The translations under genes and the position numbers were made by a program. 64,000 nt of DNA from Alphaproteobacteria bacterium (GTDB lineage Bacteria; Pseudomonadota; Alphaproteobacteria; UBA828): the NCBI GenBank assembly GCA_965214705.1, contig OZ243972.1:4000001-4064000 (forward strand), read 5' to 3'. The notes beneath the pieces were generated by a model. It worked only from the letters and a program-made list of their open reading frames with translations, was not told the origin of the DNA and did not search any database. How positions within the stretch are numbered: the first letter of the stretch is position 1; every line of letters begins with the position of its first letter. Positions 1 through 10,288 of the stretch are shown one piece after another.

Positions 1-342
1 GACCGCTGGGGGTGGCAGCGCCGTATGACGCTCGGTACGGCGCTCACGGAGTCGAGCGTCCTGTGGCTCTTCCAGAAGCGCCAGCCGGCGGACCAGCAGA
101 GCGACAACCTCAAGACCCATTACGTGAAGCGGGTGCGGCGCATCACTGCGGCGCTCGAGGCCGAGGTGGGTACGCTGGCCGCTGCGCCGTTCCGCATCGA
201 TCACATCGCGGTCATTTGCGGCATCGGCCACTTGGAGTTCCGCCACGACGACTCGTGGCGGGCGGACTGCCCCGCACTCACGGCGTGGTACGAGGGCGTT
301 CAGAGCCGGCCCAGCGTCGCCGCGACGCAGCCCACCGACTGA
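1..342 (+). CDS. Glutathione S-transferase family protein, C-terminal part (5' end outside window)
   Basis: Open frame from base 1 to TGA at 342; GST C-terminal helical-domain pattern (FRIDHIAVICGIGHLEFR...CPALTAWY...SRPSV). Confidence 0.8.
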   Translation, partial: DRWGWQRRMTLGTALTESSVLWLFQKRQPADQQSDNLKTHYVKRVRRITAALEAEVGTLAAAPFRIDHIAVICGIGHLEFRHDDSWRADCPALTAWYEGVQSRPSVAATQPTD

Positions 343-363
343 CCCTGGCGGAAGGAAAGACCC

Positions 364-1086
364 ATGATCGACCTGCACTACTGGCCGACGCCCAACGGCA
401 AGAAGGTGACCATCCTGCTGGAGGAATGCGGGATGCCCTATCGCCTCGTTCCCTGCCACATCGGGAAGGGCGATCAGTTCGAGGATTCGTTCCTCAGCAT
501 TAGCCCCAACAATCGCATGCCTGCGCTGGTGGACGACGACCCGCCCGGCGGGGGTGCGCCGGTCAGCGTCTTCGAATCGGGCGCGATGATGATGTACATC
601 GCCGAGAAGGCCGGCCGCTTCTACCCGCAGGACCTGCACGGCCGCTACGAGGTCAACCAGTGGATCATGTGGCAGATGGCGAATCAGGGCCCGAAGTTTG
701 GCGAGTTTGGCCACTTTCGCCGGCTGGGGGATGACGAGGGCGACCAGACCTACGCCATCACCCGCTTCGGCAACGAGGTGAACCGGCTCTACGGCGTCAT
801 GAACAACCGTCTCTACGACCGGGCTTATCTCGCGGGCGAGGACTACACGATCGCCGACATGATCTCATATCCCTGGGCCGTCTACTGGGAATCGCAGGGG
901 CAGGACATAAACGAATTCAAATACTTCAAGCGCTGGTTTGAGGAGCTATCTGAACGCGAGGCGGTGCAGCGCGGCATGGCGGCCGGCGAAGATTTGCCCG
1001 AGGACCCAGACACCCTCTCCGACGAAGAGAAGGCGCGGCGGCGCGCGCTGCTCTACAACCAGCGGGCGCGCCCCGCGCCGGGTTAA
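364..1086 (+). CDS. Glutathione S-transferase, YfcG/YghU-like (GSH-dependent disulfide oxidoreductase)
   Basis: N-terminal MIDLHYWPTPNGKKV, ISPNNRMPAL, FESGA and YTIADM motifs typical of nu-class GSTs. Confidence 0.92.
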   Translation: MIDLHYWPTPNGKKVTILLEECGMPYRLVPCHIGKGDQFEDSFLSISPNNRMPALVDDDPPGGGAPVSVFESGAMMMYIAEKAGRFYPQDLHGRYEVNQWIMWQMANQGPKFGEFGHFRRLGDDEGDQTYAITRFGNEVNRLYGVMNNRLYDRAYLAGEDYTIADMISYPWAVYWESQGQDINEFKYFKRWFEELSEREAVQRGMAAGEDLPEDPDTLSDEEKARRRALLYNQRARPAPG

Positions 1087-1495
1087 CTGTTCGTCCACTA
1101 CTCAACCCGGTCCCCGACTTAATCAGTTCCCTCAAGCGCCGGGCGCTCACTCCGTTCGCTTGGCTACGCGACTCGCGGTGCTACTCTTGAGTTTGGTTCG
1201 CGGTATGTGTTTATCAAGCAAAATCATTGAATTACAGATTGCTCTCTCTTCACATGTAGCATTGCACACTACACTGCAAACACCAAGTCAACACACACCG
1301 AGCCCTGCGGGGGTGAGCGTTCCGTCGCCGGTGGATTCCGTTCGGCCAAGCCGTGAGGAAGCGTTCGCTTGCCGGGTGATGGCGGCGCGGGAAGACCGAC
1401 ACTTCGGCGGCAAGCCTTGCCAAGCCGGTGCTGCATTTCACTCCATCCCCTGGCAGCAAAACGGATACAACGGTCAATCACTCCCCGGACTCAGA

Positions 1496-3039
1496 CTTTC
1501 AATTACCCACATCGTCTACCCACATCGTCGATTTGCAGGGTGGCGCCGAGGGCGATGTCGTTCAATCGACCGAGGCCGCGCCACATGACGATGTTGCCCG
1601 GCGGCGGGTCCTTGGTGCGCGCGAGATAGCCGCCAAGCCTGGCGATCTTGGTGAGATAGAGCGAGAGCGTTCTGGCGGGGGATGGATCGCCGGTGGGATC
1701 GGGGACCAAGCGATCGAGGATTTGCGTTTCCAACTGAGTCAGCACCAAGTCTGCTTCGAGATCCGGCTTGCTTCGGTTGAGCATCGTCAGCCAGAACACC
1801 CGCCAGCTCAGGATACAGAACACTGCGAGCAGCCGGACCAGCCGCTCGGCGGTTCGCAGTCGTGCCTGCTCCGCCCGGCAGCCCGATTTCAGAATCTTGT
1901 GGAAGACCTCGATCTTCCAGCGCATGGCGTACCAGTGAAGTTTCTCCACGGCGTCGGCGTGGCTTTCGACCGGCAGGTCGGTGATCAGCTTCCAGTCGAT
2001 ACCCGGGCGTCCGACCGGTTCCTCCGGCTCTCGGGCGTGCAACACCGTGAGCGTGAGCGCCGGATAACGCTTCCGTTTGGCGATGGGCGGCAGGATGGTC
2101 ATGCGGCGGTAGGAGAGTTCGACCTGCGTGGAGCCGAGCTTGCCCTTGTCGTCACGGACGGCGACCGAGTGCAGGCCGCGGACCTTCTCCTCGGCCATGA
2201 TCGATTCCACCGTGAGGGACCCGTCGCCGGCGAACCGGTCGGAACAGCGCCTGATCAGGAAGTGAGTGTCCAGCTCCTCGGCCAGACAAAACAACTCCCA
2301 GATGTCGCCTTCGCGATCGCAAATGTGAACGCAGCGCGCGGGATCGCCCAGCAGTTCGGTGGATTCGCGCAGATTATCGAGCCAGCGCATGCTCTCCTTG
2401 CCCTCGATCGGCACGCGCGTTGGATTGATCTTCCTCTTGAGGGCATTAGTCCCCTTGAACTTCTTCCGGGACCAGAACTTGGCCGCGGCCATTCCCAGCG
2501 GCAACCCATCCGTGGTTGTTGCCAGGCTCGAATGCATCAACAGCCCGCAGACCGTGTGCATCCGCGGGCGACCGCGCTTGTCCTTTCGGCTGCTCACCTT
2601 CGTGGTGAAGCCCACGGCTTCGGGCCGACTGCGCTTCCAGGTAAACTCCGTCGTGTCATGAAGAACCAGGATCGGGCCGTCGGTGGCCGCGAACCGGTGC
2701 CGCGTCGCGTCGAAATGGCCCCGGAGGATGTCTTCCTCGCTCACCCGCTCGTTGGAGAAAAAGCGGTAGGCTGCCTTCGTGCTGGCCCAGTCCTGACAGG
2801 CCAGAGGTATCGTTTCTCCGAGCCTGGAATCCATGCGCTCGACCAGTTGACGAAGCCGACGGTCCAGCCGGCCGTCGCCGAGACGGCATCCCGAAAGCTC
2901 TTCGTCGAACCACCGTTCCTCCATGATCCGCACCTCTTCGTTCCCGATTCGGTGCGGATACGGGATCATGATCTAACCCAAAAGCGCAACAAGTTGCGGT
3001 AACACCATGACAAACCCTCAAGATGTGGGTAATTGAAAG
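1496..3039 (-). mobile_element. IS4-family (IS50/Tn5-like) insertion sequence
   Basis: Perfect 18-bp terminal IRs CTTTCAATTACCCACATC (1496-1513) / GATGTGGGTAATTGAAAG (3022-3039); 9-bp TSD GGACTCAGA at 1487-1495 and 3040-3048. Confidence 0.95.
1503..2924 (-). CDS. IS4-family (Tn5-like) DDE transposase
   Basis: WFDEEL...LGDGRL, AAYRFFSN, HDTT, DREGD, YAMRWKIEVFHKILKSGC (YREK-like) and LGGYLARTKDPPPG motifs. Confidence 0.93.
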   Translation of the reverse strand: MEERWFDEELSGCRLGDGRLDRRLRQLVERMDSRLGETIPLACQDWASTKAAYRFFSNERVSEEDILRGHFDATRHRFAATDGPILVLHDTTEFTWKRSRPEAVGFTTKVSSRKDKRGRPRMHTVCGLLMHSSLATTTDGLPLGMAAAKFWSRKKFKGTNALKRKINPTRVPIEGKESMRWLDNLRESTELLGDPARCVHICDREGDIWELFCLAEELDTHFLIRRCSDRFAGDGSLTVESIMAEEKVRGLHSVAVRDDKGKLGSTQVELSYRRMTILPPIAKRKRYPALTLTVLHAREPEEPVGRPGIDWKLITDLPVESHADAVEKLHWYAMRWKIEVFHKILKSGCRAEQARLRTAERLVRLLAVFCILSWRVFWLTMLNRSKPDLEADLVLTQLETQILDRLVPDPTGDPSPARTLSLYLTKIARLGGYLARTKDPPPGNIVMWRGLGRLNDIALGATLQIDDVGRRCG

Positions 3040-3362
3040 GGACTCAGAACGCTTACCTGCGCGGCCGGGTATGAAAAGAGTCGTTGGCGAGCCTCCGCTC
3101 CAGCCGCCTCCGGTCATAGAATGCTGGTCGGATTCCACCGGTTGGACGCTCGCTTCCAGTCGTGCCTCAACGGGCGCAGTCAGATGTCCTCTTTCGGCTC
3201 CGCGCGCTTCACTTTCGTGTCGTATGCGCTCGCGTCCCCAGGTGGTCCCGACTTGGGGCCAGCCCGAGACGTTATGGACGGCGCCGGTGCAGCGCTGGGC
3301 GCGTTGGCGTCGAGCGACACAGGGTCGGTCGACATTCTCGTCGGCAATCGCGCTGAGGGATG

Positions 3363-3790
3363 TCATCGATCGCCGCGGCTCGAAAGGAGGATGCCTTCGG
3401 CAGCGGGCAAGCCCAGCTGCGTTGCGGCCGCCACCATCGACTTGTCCAGGCTGTAGATCGCATCGGCCCGGCGGTTGTCCGCAATGGCGAGGTGCAATGC
3501 GTCCCCCGCCCTCAGACCGGTCTCGAACCGGTTGACCCAATCCCTGGCCCGATCGAAATCGTTGCGGTCCGGCAACAGGACGACAAAGGACTCCTCGATC
3601 ATATATTCGAACCGTGAACCCGCCTCGTGCGCGGCTGCGGGGTCAAGTTCACCCATGCGGACCTCGCGGGCAAGCAGCGAGGCGAACTCGACCCGGGTCC
3701 AGTGGCTGACCGCCAGTTCGTCGGCCGGCAGGTCTTCGAAGAATCCGGCTATCGGTTCGCTGGTGGCCTCGGGGAGGATGAGGGGCGACG
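3363..3790 (-). pseudogene. PIN-domain (VapC-like) toxin, N-terminus missing
   Basis: Frame reads PLILPEATSEP...VSHWTRVEFASLL...LRAGDALHLAIA...SLDKSM; the first catalytic D-T-S motif and start codon are absent. Confidence 0.7.
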
Positions 3791-5740
3791 GGGAGACGCT
3801 TTGGCCGGATGTGGGCGAGGGCCCTTACATGAACCCGTGCGAGGTGGCTTCCGTGCTGAATGCAGCTCCACCACCTCAGCTGGATCGCCTGCCAGAACCG
3901 CCTGCACCGCCGCCCGCAGCTCCGGGTTCCGCTGGCGCAGGATGTCGTCCATCGCCGCCGTCGTCATCCCCGCCCGCTGCAGCAGCCGGAACGGCTGGCC
4001 CGCTTCCACCGCACGGAGCTGGCTGCTGTCGCCCACCAGCACCACGCGGGACGCGTCGAGCTCGTCCGCCGCCCGCAGCAGAGAGCGCATCTTGTCGGTC
4101 GACACCATCGAGGCCTCGTCCAGCACCAGCACCGCGCCGCCGAAGGTCTCCCTCAACGCCTCCAGCGCCTGTCCGTTGCCACCCGCCGCCCGGCGGCGCG
4201 CCAGGAACCACTGAAGCGTGCGGGCATGAATGCCGGTCTCGCGACCCAGCACCGCGGCCGCGGCAGCCGAGGGCGCGAGTCCGAACACCGGCTTCTCCCC
4301 GGCAAGCGCCCGCACCTGGCGCAGCATGGTCGTCTTGCCGGTCCCGGCCCGGCCCTGCACACCGACGATCCGGTCGTGCGCCAGCAGGATCGTGCGAACT
4401 GCCTCCTCCTGTCCCTCGGTAAGCCCGGCGCCGTCGAGACGGGCGGCCACGTCCCTCTCCCGGGCCAGCGCCGCGCCGGCACCGATCCCGGCCTTCATCA
4501 TGGCGATCGTGGACCGCTCTGCCTTCAGCGCCCGGTCGGTGACGAAGGCCCGGTCGGCGCGCCGCAGCTCGGCTCCGACTAGGTGGCCGTCGCGGACCAG
4601 CCAGGCGACCGCGTCCCGGATTTCACCGAGCGAATGCCGGCCCGGCGAATGGCCGAGAGCAAGCGCCTCGAGATCGTGTTCGGAGAAGACCGATTGCCGT
4701 TCCTCGAGCTGCCGCATGCAGCGGCGCACGATCGCCAGCGCCGACGGGCCCTCCGGCAGCATGATCGCCCGCTCGGAGCGCGCTTCTGCGAGCGCCGTGT
4801 CGAGGCTCAATTCCTGTGCGCGGGCCCGCCATAGCTCCTGCAACTGCGCCCGCACCGGCTCCGCCTTCCGCTTGCGCGTCGCCAGCGTCGCCGTCTGCAT
4901 CGCCGCCGTGCCGCGGTCCCAGCCCTTCTCGTCTACATAGGCCAGTATCTCGTGCCTGCGCGTCGAGAAGGCTCTCCGCAGCTCCCCGCCGTAGCCCGAA
5001 AGCTCAAAGCTCGGCAGCCGGCCCACCATCGCCGGCACGATCGAATAGCCCTTCTCCATCAGCTGCCGCGCCAGCCGGTCGCGATAGTAAGCCCCGATCA
5101 GCCGAGCATTGCGGTGCAGCAGCGTCGGCTCCACGCTCTTCCACCGCCCCTCCCCGTCCCTGGTCATGTTGGCGATCACAGCGTGAGTGTGGAGCTGCGG
5201 ATCGAGGTTGCGGCTTGCGATGTGGCGGAACAGCGCCGCCACCATGCAGGGCGCCTTCACCCGCGGCCGTCTGCCGGTGGCGGGGTCCCAGCCCCGGGTC
5301 TCCAGCAGCGAACCCTCGATCCAGTCGAGCGTCTCGCGCACCGCTGCATTGTGCGCGCGAATGACCATCCGGTCCCCGTGCGGGTGCTCCTCCGTCGGCA
5401 GAAGCGCCGCCAGCGACACTGACTTGGGCGCCGAGAACGTGATGTCGAAGCCCGGACGGTGCTCGTGCTGCCCGTCACGCAGCCGCCCGAGCCGCTGCTT
5501 CGTCCCGATCACGTGGCTCTGTAGAAGCTTCTCGAAGGCGCCCGCCGCGACCGGCTTGCCGGGATGCAATCCCAGGGCAACCGCGCCGCTGCCGTGCCAG
5601 GTGCTCGCGTTCCGGTGCTCTGCCCGCTTGGCCCGAAGGTCCGCCGCGTCCTCGCCCTTCCTCAAATAGTAGCCGCCGTCCTGGCGGAAATACTCCGACG
5701 TGGCGGACGAAGAGGTCAGGTTGCGGACCGTCGCGACCAT
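3749..5740 (-). pseudogene. MOBF (TrwC/TraI-like) relaxase-helicase, C-terminally truncated
   Basis: N-terminal Tyr cluster (EYFRQDGGYY), FDITFSAPKSVS, DPQLHTH (HUH), Walker A GRAGTGKT, LDEASM; the sequence stops resembling a helicase after LRAAVQAVLAGDP (~3860). Confidence 0.88.
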
Positions 5741-6596
5741 GACAGGCGATCATAGCGGGCCGGTGGAGAGGTAGCGGTCAAAATACAACCCGAGTTGGGG
5801 CTTGCGCCAAACCATGGGTAAGGATGTCCAGGTCATCGGCTATTTGCGGACCAACATGTTCCAGACCAGGGCCCCGGCCACGCGGCCTTTGCGATCGCAG
5901 ATGTCGTAGATCTCTGGCGCCGCATTCGGACCCGAGGATGGTCTTGCACTACGCCTGTGTCACGGACCCAAGGGTGAAAGCCGCCACGGGGCGGATCGGG
6001 AAGTCATTGAGGCCGTTTCAGCCGACCGCCTCTCGCACATCGTAGCCGTGGAAGCTTTTCAGTCCCAATTGACACCACACCGCACCATGCAACACGCACT
6101 TCCGGCTGGCAGGCTGTGCATTTGCCGGATCGGGATATACGTCACGGCGATAGGATCGTCCGTTCATTCCTTGTTCCGCGCTTCGAGAGTTCGGCTCCGG
6201 CGGGCATGGACCGGCACGCAACCGGCATTCTCGCCTCCGCTCCCGGCCCTCGAGTCGGGGAGGGCGTGTCCTTCGCCGCGCCGGACACATACCCGGCCAT
6301 TGTCTGATGGACCTGGAACTGCGCCGGACTCGGACTCGTCAACAGTCAGATCGCGGAGGTCGCGGCGGTGCGGGACCGCAAGTTAGCGTTCCGCCTTGAG
6401 GGCGGGCGCATGCTGAGCCTGAACGCGGACGATCCGCAGCTGCTACAGGGCGACCGTGCCCCGGCCTCGACAGTGGATGTGTTCCGGAGGCGAACGGTCG
6501 ACACCGCGACCGCAGCAGAGGAGGCGAACCATCCGAACCTCGCTGCACAGGAGACGCTCCACGCCGACATGAGCCCGGCTCCAAATCGGGCCGCCA

Positions 6597-6848
6597 TTAC
6601 CGCCGGGCGCCGGCGCCTCGCAGCCGCCATCGATGCAGGGCGACGACCGACCAGATGGACTCGGCCACCAGGAAAGGATAGGAGCCGATCAGCAGCGCGT
6701 AGAAGGCCGACAGGGCGCAGCCCGCGGCGAAGACGGCCACGAAACCGCGGTGCACTCGCTCGCAAGCGTAGCTGATCACCATGACGGCAATGGCGAACGC
6801 ACCCAGGAGCTCTACCGCGAAAGCGGAGATCGGCTTGCTCCGTGCCAT
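6597..6848 (-). CDS. Small membrane protein (about 3 predicted TM helices)
   Basis: 83-aa hydrophobic ORF starting immediately after the upstream gene's stop codon, consistent with an operon. Confidence 0.65.
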   Translation of the reverse strand: MARSKPISAFAVELLGAFAIAVMVISYACERVHRGFVAVFAAGCALSAFYALLIGSYPFLVAESIWSVVALHRWRLRGAGARR

Positions 6849-7472
6849 CTACCCTGCAGCCCGGACCCTTTCCGGCAGTTGGTGCCACAGTTCCAACGCC
6901 GCCCGGTGTTCCGGGGCGGCAACGGTGTCCCACCGGATCTCGGAGCCGTGCCTGTAGACGTTGAAGCGGAAGAACCCGCAACAGCCACGCTCCTCGTCGG
7001 CGAGCGCCCGGAGTTCTTCCAGACGCTGCGCCGAGTTCGCGAAGCGCCAGCGCACACCTTCGGCTGCGCGCTCACTTGCAATGAAGCCGTTCGTGAAAAC
7101 CGCCTCGAACGCCGCGATGCGCGGGACGACCTCATCCCGCTTCAGGCTGCAATCGCCGGGTACCGGCGCGAGCGTCGACCGTTCGGAGACCGTGTCCGCT
7201 TCGCCCGGACAGCCGCAGCCGGACGCGAGTGCATCGACAGGATCGGAGGCCGATCCGGCATATCGCCGCCAGAGCACCGTCCCACCGGCGATCGATCCCA
7301 GCACGATGAGCGTGACACCCGTCAGCTCCAGACTCGAGGTGAGCCATCCCACCGCGCCCGCGCTCAGACCGACGACCGCAAGTAAGGGAAGCGCCGCGCA
7401 CAAGAGGCACGCAACGACACCCAGTCCGATGGCCGTGCCGCCGATCCAAGCTCCGCCTTTTCCGAACTTCAT
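6849..7472 (-). CDS. Putative heavy-metal binding membrane protein (MerT/MerF-like TM part fused to a Cys-rich soluble domain)
   Basis: TM segment with CxxC (VACLLCAALP), GCGC linker, DCSL and EERGCCGFF; lies downstream of a MerR-type promoter. Confidence 0.65.
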   Translation of the reverse strand: MKFGKGGAWIGGTAIGLGVVACLLCAALPLLAVVGLSAGAVGWLTSSLELTGVTLIVLGSIAGGTVLWRRYAGSASDPVDALASGCGCPGEADTVSERSTLAPVPGDCSLKRDEVVPRIAAFEAVFTNGFIASERAAEGVRWRFANSAQRLEELRALADEERGCCGFFRFNVYRHGSEIRWDTVAAPEHRAALELWHQLPERVRAAG

Positions 7473-7506
7473 TGGCCCGCTCCCGGAATTGACATCATGG
7501 CGCGAC

Positions 7507-7538
7507 AGTCTAGACTCTGGACTTAGGTCCAGAGTCAA
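7507..7538 (-). promoter_or_regulatory. MerR-family promoter/operator (ZntR-like)
   Basis: Minus strand TTGACT-N20-TAGACT with perfect dyad GACTCTGGAC-N4-GTCCAGAGTC (7513-7536); long spacer and ACTCTGGA half-sites resemble the E. coli zntA operator. Confidence 0.88.
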
Positions 7539-7555
7539 CGCGGGATTCCCCAGCG

Positions 7556-7951
7556 ATGCCGAACGCAACAATGAAGATCGGTGAGGTCGCTCGTCGAGCC
7601 GGGGTCAGTGTGGACACCGTTCGCTTCTACGAACGGCGCGGTATCTTGCCCCCGGCACCGCGCCGCGCCTCCGGCTATCGCATGTATTCCGAGGCGACGA
7701 CCCAACGCATCGGCTTCGCCCGCACTCTGCAATCGCTCGGTCTCAGCCTGGACGAGATCGTCGAGATGCTGGCGGCCGTCGACGCGGGCACCGCCACTTG
7801 CGAGAACCAGCAGTTTCGCATCGAGTCGGTGGTCCAGCGCATCGACGCGAAATTGCGCGAACTGCGCGCCACGCGGCGCAAGGCCGTACAGGTCCTGCAG
7901 GCATGCCGGGTCGGCACCTGTGCGCTTCGCGAGGATATTGCGCCGGGCTGA
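7556..7951 (+). CDS. MerR-family metal-responsive transcriptional regulator
   Basis: MKIGEVARRAGVSVDTVRFYERRGIL HTH, GYRMY, and three Cys (TCE, ACRVGTC); divergent from the operator. Confidence 0.93.
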   Translation: MPNATMKIGEVARRAGVSVDTVRFYERRGILPPAPRRASGYRMYSEATTQRIGFARTLQSLGLSLDEIVEMLAAVDAGTATCENQQFRIESVVQRIDAKLRELRATRRKAVQVLQACRVGTCALREDIAPG

Positions 7952-8410
7952 CGCACCCGCGAAAGAGTTGCGAGCTCGCGGTACTCACGCGGCCGACCCA
8001 CGATGTCGCGCTTGTCATTGCGAGCGAACGATGACTGGGCTCGCACGCAGATGTCCGAATCGGCGAAGACGTAGTCCCATAGCGCCTCGACGGCCCGGAG
8101 ATGGCCGCGCTCGTGCTGGTGATGGTCGCGGCTGAACCGCGCCCGATGGAGCATGCCGCCCAGCGCAAGGGTGGACGCCTGCCGATCGAAGACAAGAATG
8201 CCGCGCTTGGCGAAACACTCCCCAGCCGCCGGTATCTGTCCGGCTGATCCCTCGACTCCGACCTCCGGGACGGCGGCAAGCGGTACCGCTCCTTCGTTCG
8301 TCCGATCGTGACGCACAGCGGGGGTCGAAGCATCGACGAAGTCCGATGATCGGCGGCGGCAGGCGGTTCCACCGCAGTGTACCCCCGGCTCGGCGGCGAA
8401 GGCGGGACGG

Positions 8411-8791
8411 TCAGACGAACCGGACCAGCAGTCTGGTGGATGCGACGGCGACGACCAGAATCGACAGTGCCGCACCGCCGGTTCGCAAGAGCGGCCGGGG
8501 CGCCGGAGAGGACAGTGCGATCGCGTGCATGATCCGCCCGGTCAGCAGGGCGATGTTGAGCCCGTGCACGAAGGCCGGGTCGGCGCCCGATTCCTCGACG
8601 AGGAGGATCAGGATCAGCGACAGGGGGACGTACTCCGCGAAGTTGCCATGGGCACGGATGCGGCGGCTCAGGGTTGCGTCGCCACCATCGCCCAGACCTG
8701 TTCTCGCCGCGCGGCGGGCGCGCACGACGTTGAGCGACAGCACGCAGTACAGAATGCCGAGCAGAGCGGCGTAGATCGGTGTGATGGACAT
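8411..8791 (-). CDS. MAPEG-family membrane protein
   Basis: GLGDGGD...RRIRAHGNFAEYVP and GRIMHA motifs. Confidence 0.9.
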   Translation of the reverse strand: MSITPIYAALLGILYCVLSLNVVRARRAARTGLGDGGDATLSRRIRAHGNFAEYVPLSLILILLVEESGADPAFVHGLNIALLTGRIMHAIALSSPAPRPLLRTGGAALSILVVAVASTRLLVRFV

Positions 8792-8819
8792 GCCGGCGGC
8801 TTGCCGCGGGCGCGGTCGA

Positions 8820-9800
8820 CTAGCTCCCGTCCGAACCCACGATCAACCGTGCAACCTCCTCCGGTGCGTCCAGCTGGACATAGTGGCAGGCATCACCGAT
8901 GAGATGGAGCTCGGAGTTGGGAAAGATCGCGTTGAGCTCGCGCGCGACGCCGGCGTTCAAGTTCTGATCCTCGGCTCCGAAGACAATCGTCACGGGCCTT
9001 GAGAACGCTCGCATGTCGGCAACGCGCGCCCTGCGCTGTTCGACTTCCGCGACCAATACGCGATTGAAGCCGAAGAACGCGCGCCGATCCTCGCGCGCGT
9101 GGGTCGCGAACACCTTGAGATAGCGCTCCCGCACCGCGTCGTCGCAGAAGAACTGTCCCACCTGGCGCATGTAGCTCGGCTGCCAGACGGCGTCGAACGT
9201 GCTCGCCAGCGCAACCGATATCTCCCGGCGCAGCCCCGGGGTCGAGAAGCGTTGAACCGCCGCCGGCGGAACCACCGCCTCGGACGGCGAGTAGATCGTG
9301 TTCAGCAACACCACGCGGGCAATCCGCTCAGGATGGTCGAGCGCCCAGTCAATGACCGGAAAGCCGGAGATGTCGTGGGCGACGAGCGCCACTTCGGGAT
9401 CTCCGAGGTGGGCGATCACCGCGTCCAGATCGGCGAGCAGACTGGCTCCGTCGTAGGTGTGTCCGGGCGGTTTGTCGGAGCGACCCCAACCGAGGAAGTC
9501 GAACGTCACCACGTCGCGCGATTGCGCGAGCAGCGGTGCGAGACGATCATAGAGGCGCGAGGTGTCGGGGAGCCCGTGAAGCAAGACGATCGTTGCTTCG
9601 CCGGAGGGCGCTCGCGCCGGGTAGAGTCGGGCATGAACCCGGTGCTCGCCACGGGGGACCGCGACGACTTCGTAGCGGTGTTTGGCCGTGTACCCGGTCT
9701 CGTAGGCGGCGGTCTCCGCGCGGTAGTCGTGGTAGGCGCAGCCGGCGAGGGTGGCAGCGCCGATCAGCGCGGCCAGGGTGGCGAAGCGTGATATGGCCAT
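8820..9800 (-). CDS. Alpha/beta hydrolase (haloalkane dehalogenase/epoxide hydrolase-like), probable lipoprotein
   Basis: LLHGLP, DFLGWGRS, nucleophile elbow AHDISG (Asp), catalytic His in ACHYVQLDAPE; lipobox LAGC. Confidence 0.85.
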   Translation of the reverse strand: MAISRFATLAALIGAATLAGCAYHDYRAETAAYETGYTAKHRYEVVAVPRGEHRVHARLYPARAPSGEATIVLLHGLPDTSRLYDRLAPLLAQSRDVVTFDFLGWGRSDKPPGHTYDGASLLADLDAVIAHLGDPEVALVAHDISGFPVIDWALDHPERIARVVLLNTIYSPSEAVVPPAAVQRFSTPGLRREISVALASTFDAVWQPSYMRQVGQFFCDDAVRERYLKVFATHAREDRRAFFGFNRVLVAEVEQRRARVADMRAFSRPVTIVFGAEDQNLNAGVARELNAIFPNSELHLIGDACHYVQLDAPEEVARLIVGSDGS

Positions 9801-9822
9801 GTCGTTCTTCCTCAACACAGAT

Positions 9823-9858
9823 CACTATCATAAGAATATTCACTACGATAATTATAGT
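9823..9858. promoter_or_regulatory. Putative HxlR operator pair between divergent genes
   Basis: AT-rich tandem CACTATCATAAGAATATT / CACTACGATAATTATAGT, the second with ACTA...TAGT dyad symmetry. Confidence 0.45.
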
Positions 9859-9895
9859 CAATGACGATTTCGTACCCACCGGCTATGATCGGAAT

Positions 9896-10219
9896 ATGGC
9901 ACTTCGCACCGCCGGGAACTGCCCTGTCGCGTCGACACTCTCAGTCGTTGGCGAGAAATGGTCGCTCCACATCGTCAGGGATCTTCTGTTGGACGGACCC
10001 CGCCGTTTCCAGGATTTTCTGGACTCGTTCGAGGTCACGCCGAACACACTCTCAGCGCGGCTGAAGTCGCTTGAGCATCATGGCGTCATCGATCGCGAGG
10101 TCTACTCGGAGCATCCGCCACGTGCGCGCTATGTGTTGACGAGAAAAGGCTACGCGCTCGGTCCGGTTATCGGAGCAATGCGCGACTGGGGGCGAAGTCA
10201 TACCGACGTGACGGGGTAA
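9896..10219 (+). CDS. HxlR-family winged-helix regulator
   Basis: CPVASTLSVVGEKWSLHIVRDL, GPRRF, LSARLKSLE, SEHPPRARYVLT. Confidence 0.93.
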   Translation: MALRTAGNCPVASTLSVVGEKWSLHIVRDLLLDGPRRFQDFLDSFEVTPNTLSARLKSLEHHGVIDREVYSEHPPRARYVLTRKGYALGPVIGAMRDWGRSHTDVTG

Positions 10220-10288
10220 GTGCTACCCGGAAACGGCTCGGCGCGCGACGCGCACCGCGTCGTTGCGAACCAGCCGGGTGGTGCTTTG

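Noticed and set aside
1428-3002. 524-aa + strand ORF
   Set aside because: Antisense shadow of the IS4 transposase, common in GC-rich DNA.
3060-3340. Possible small gene between IS4 and the PIN fragment
   Set aside because: Short frames with stops and no recognisable motif.
7980-8230. Protein-like stretch HHQHERGHLRAVEALWDYVF on the minus strand
   Set aside because: Probably a gene remnant, but I cannot assign a family or a start.
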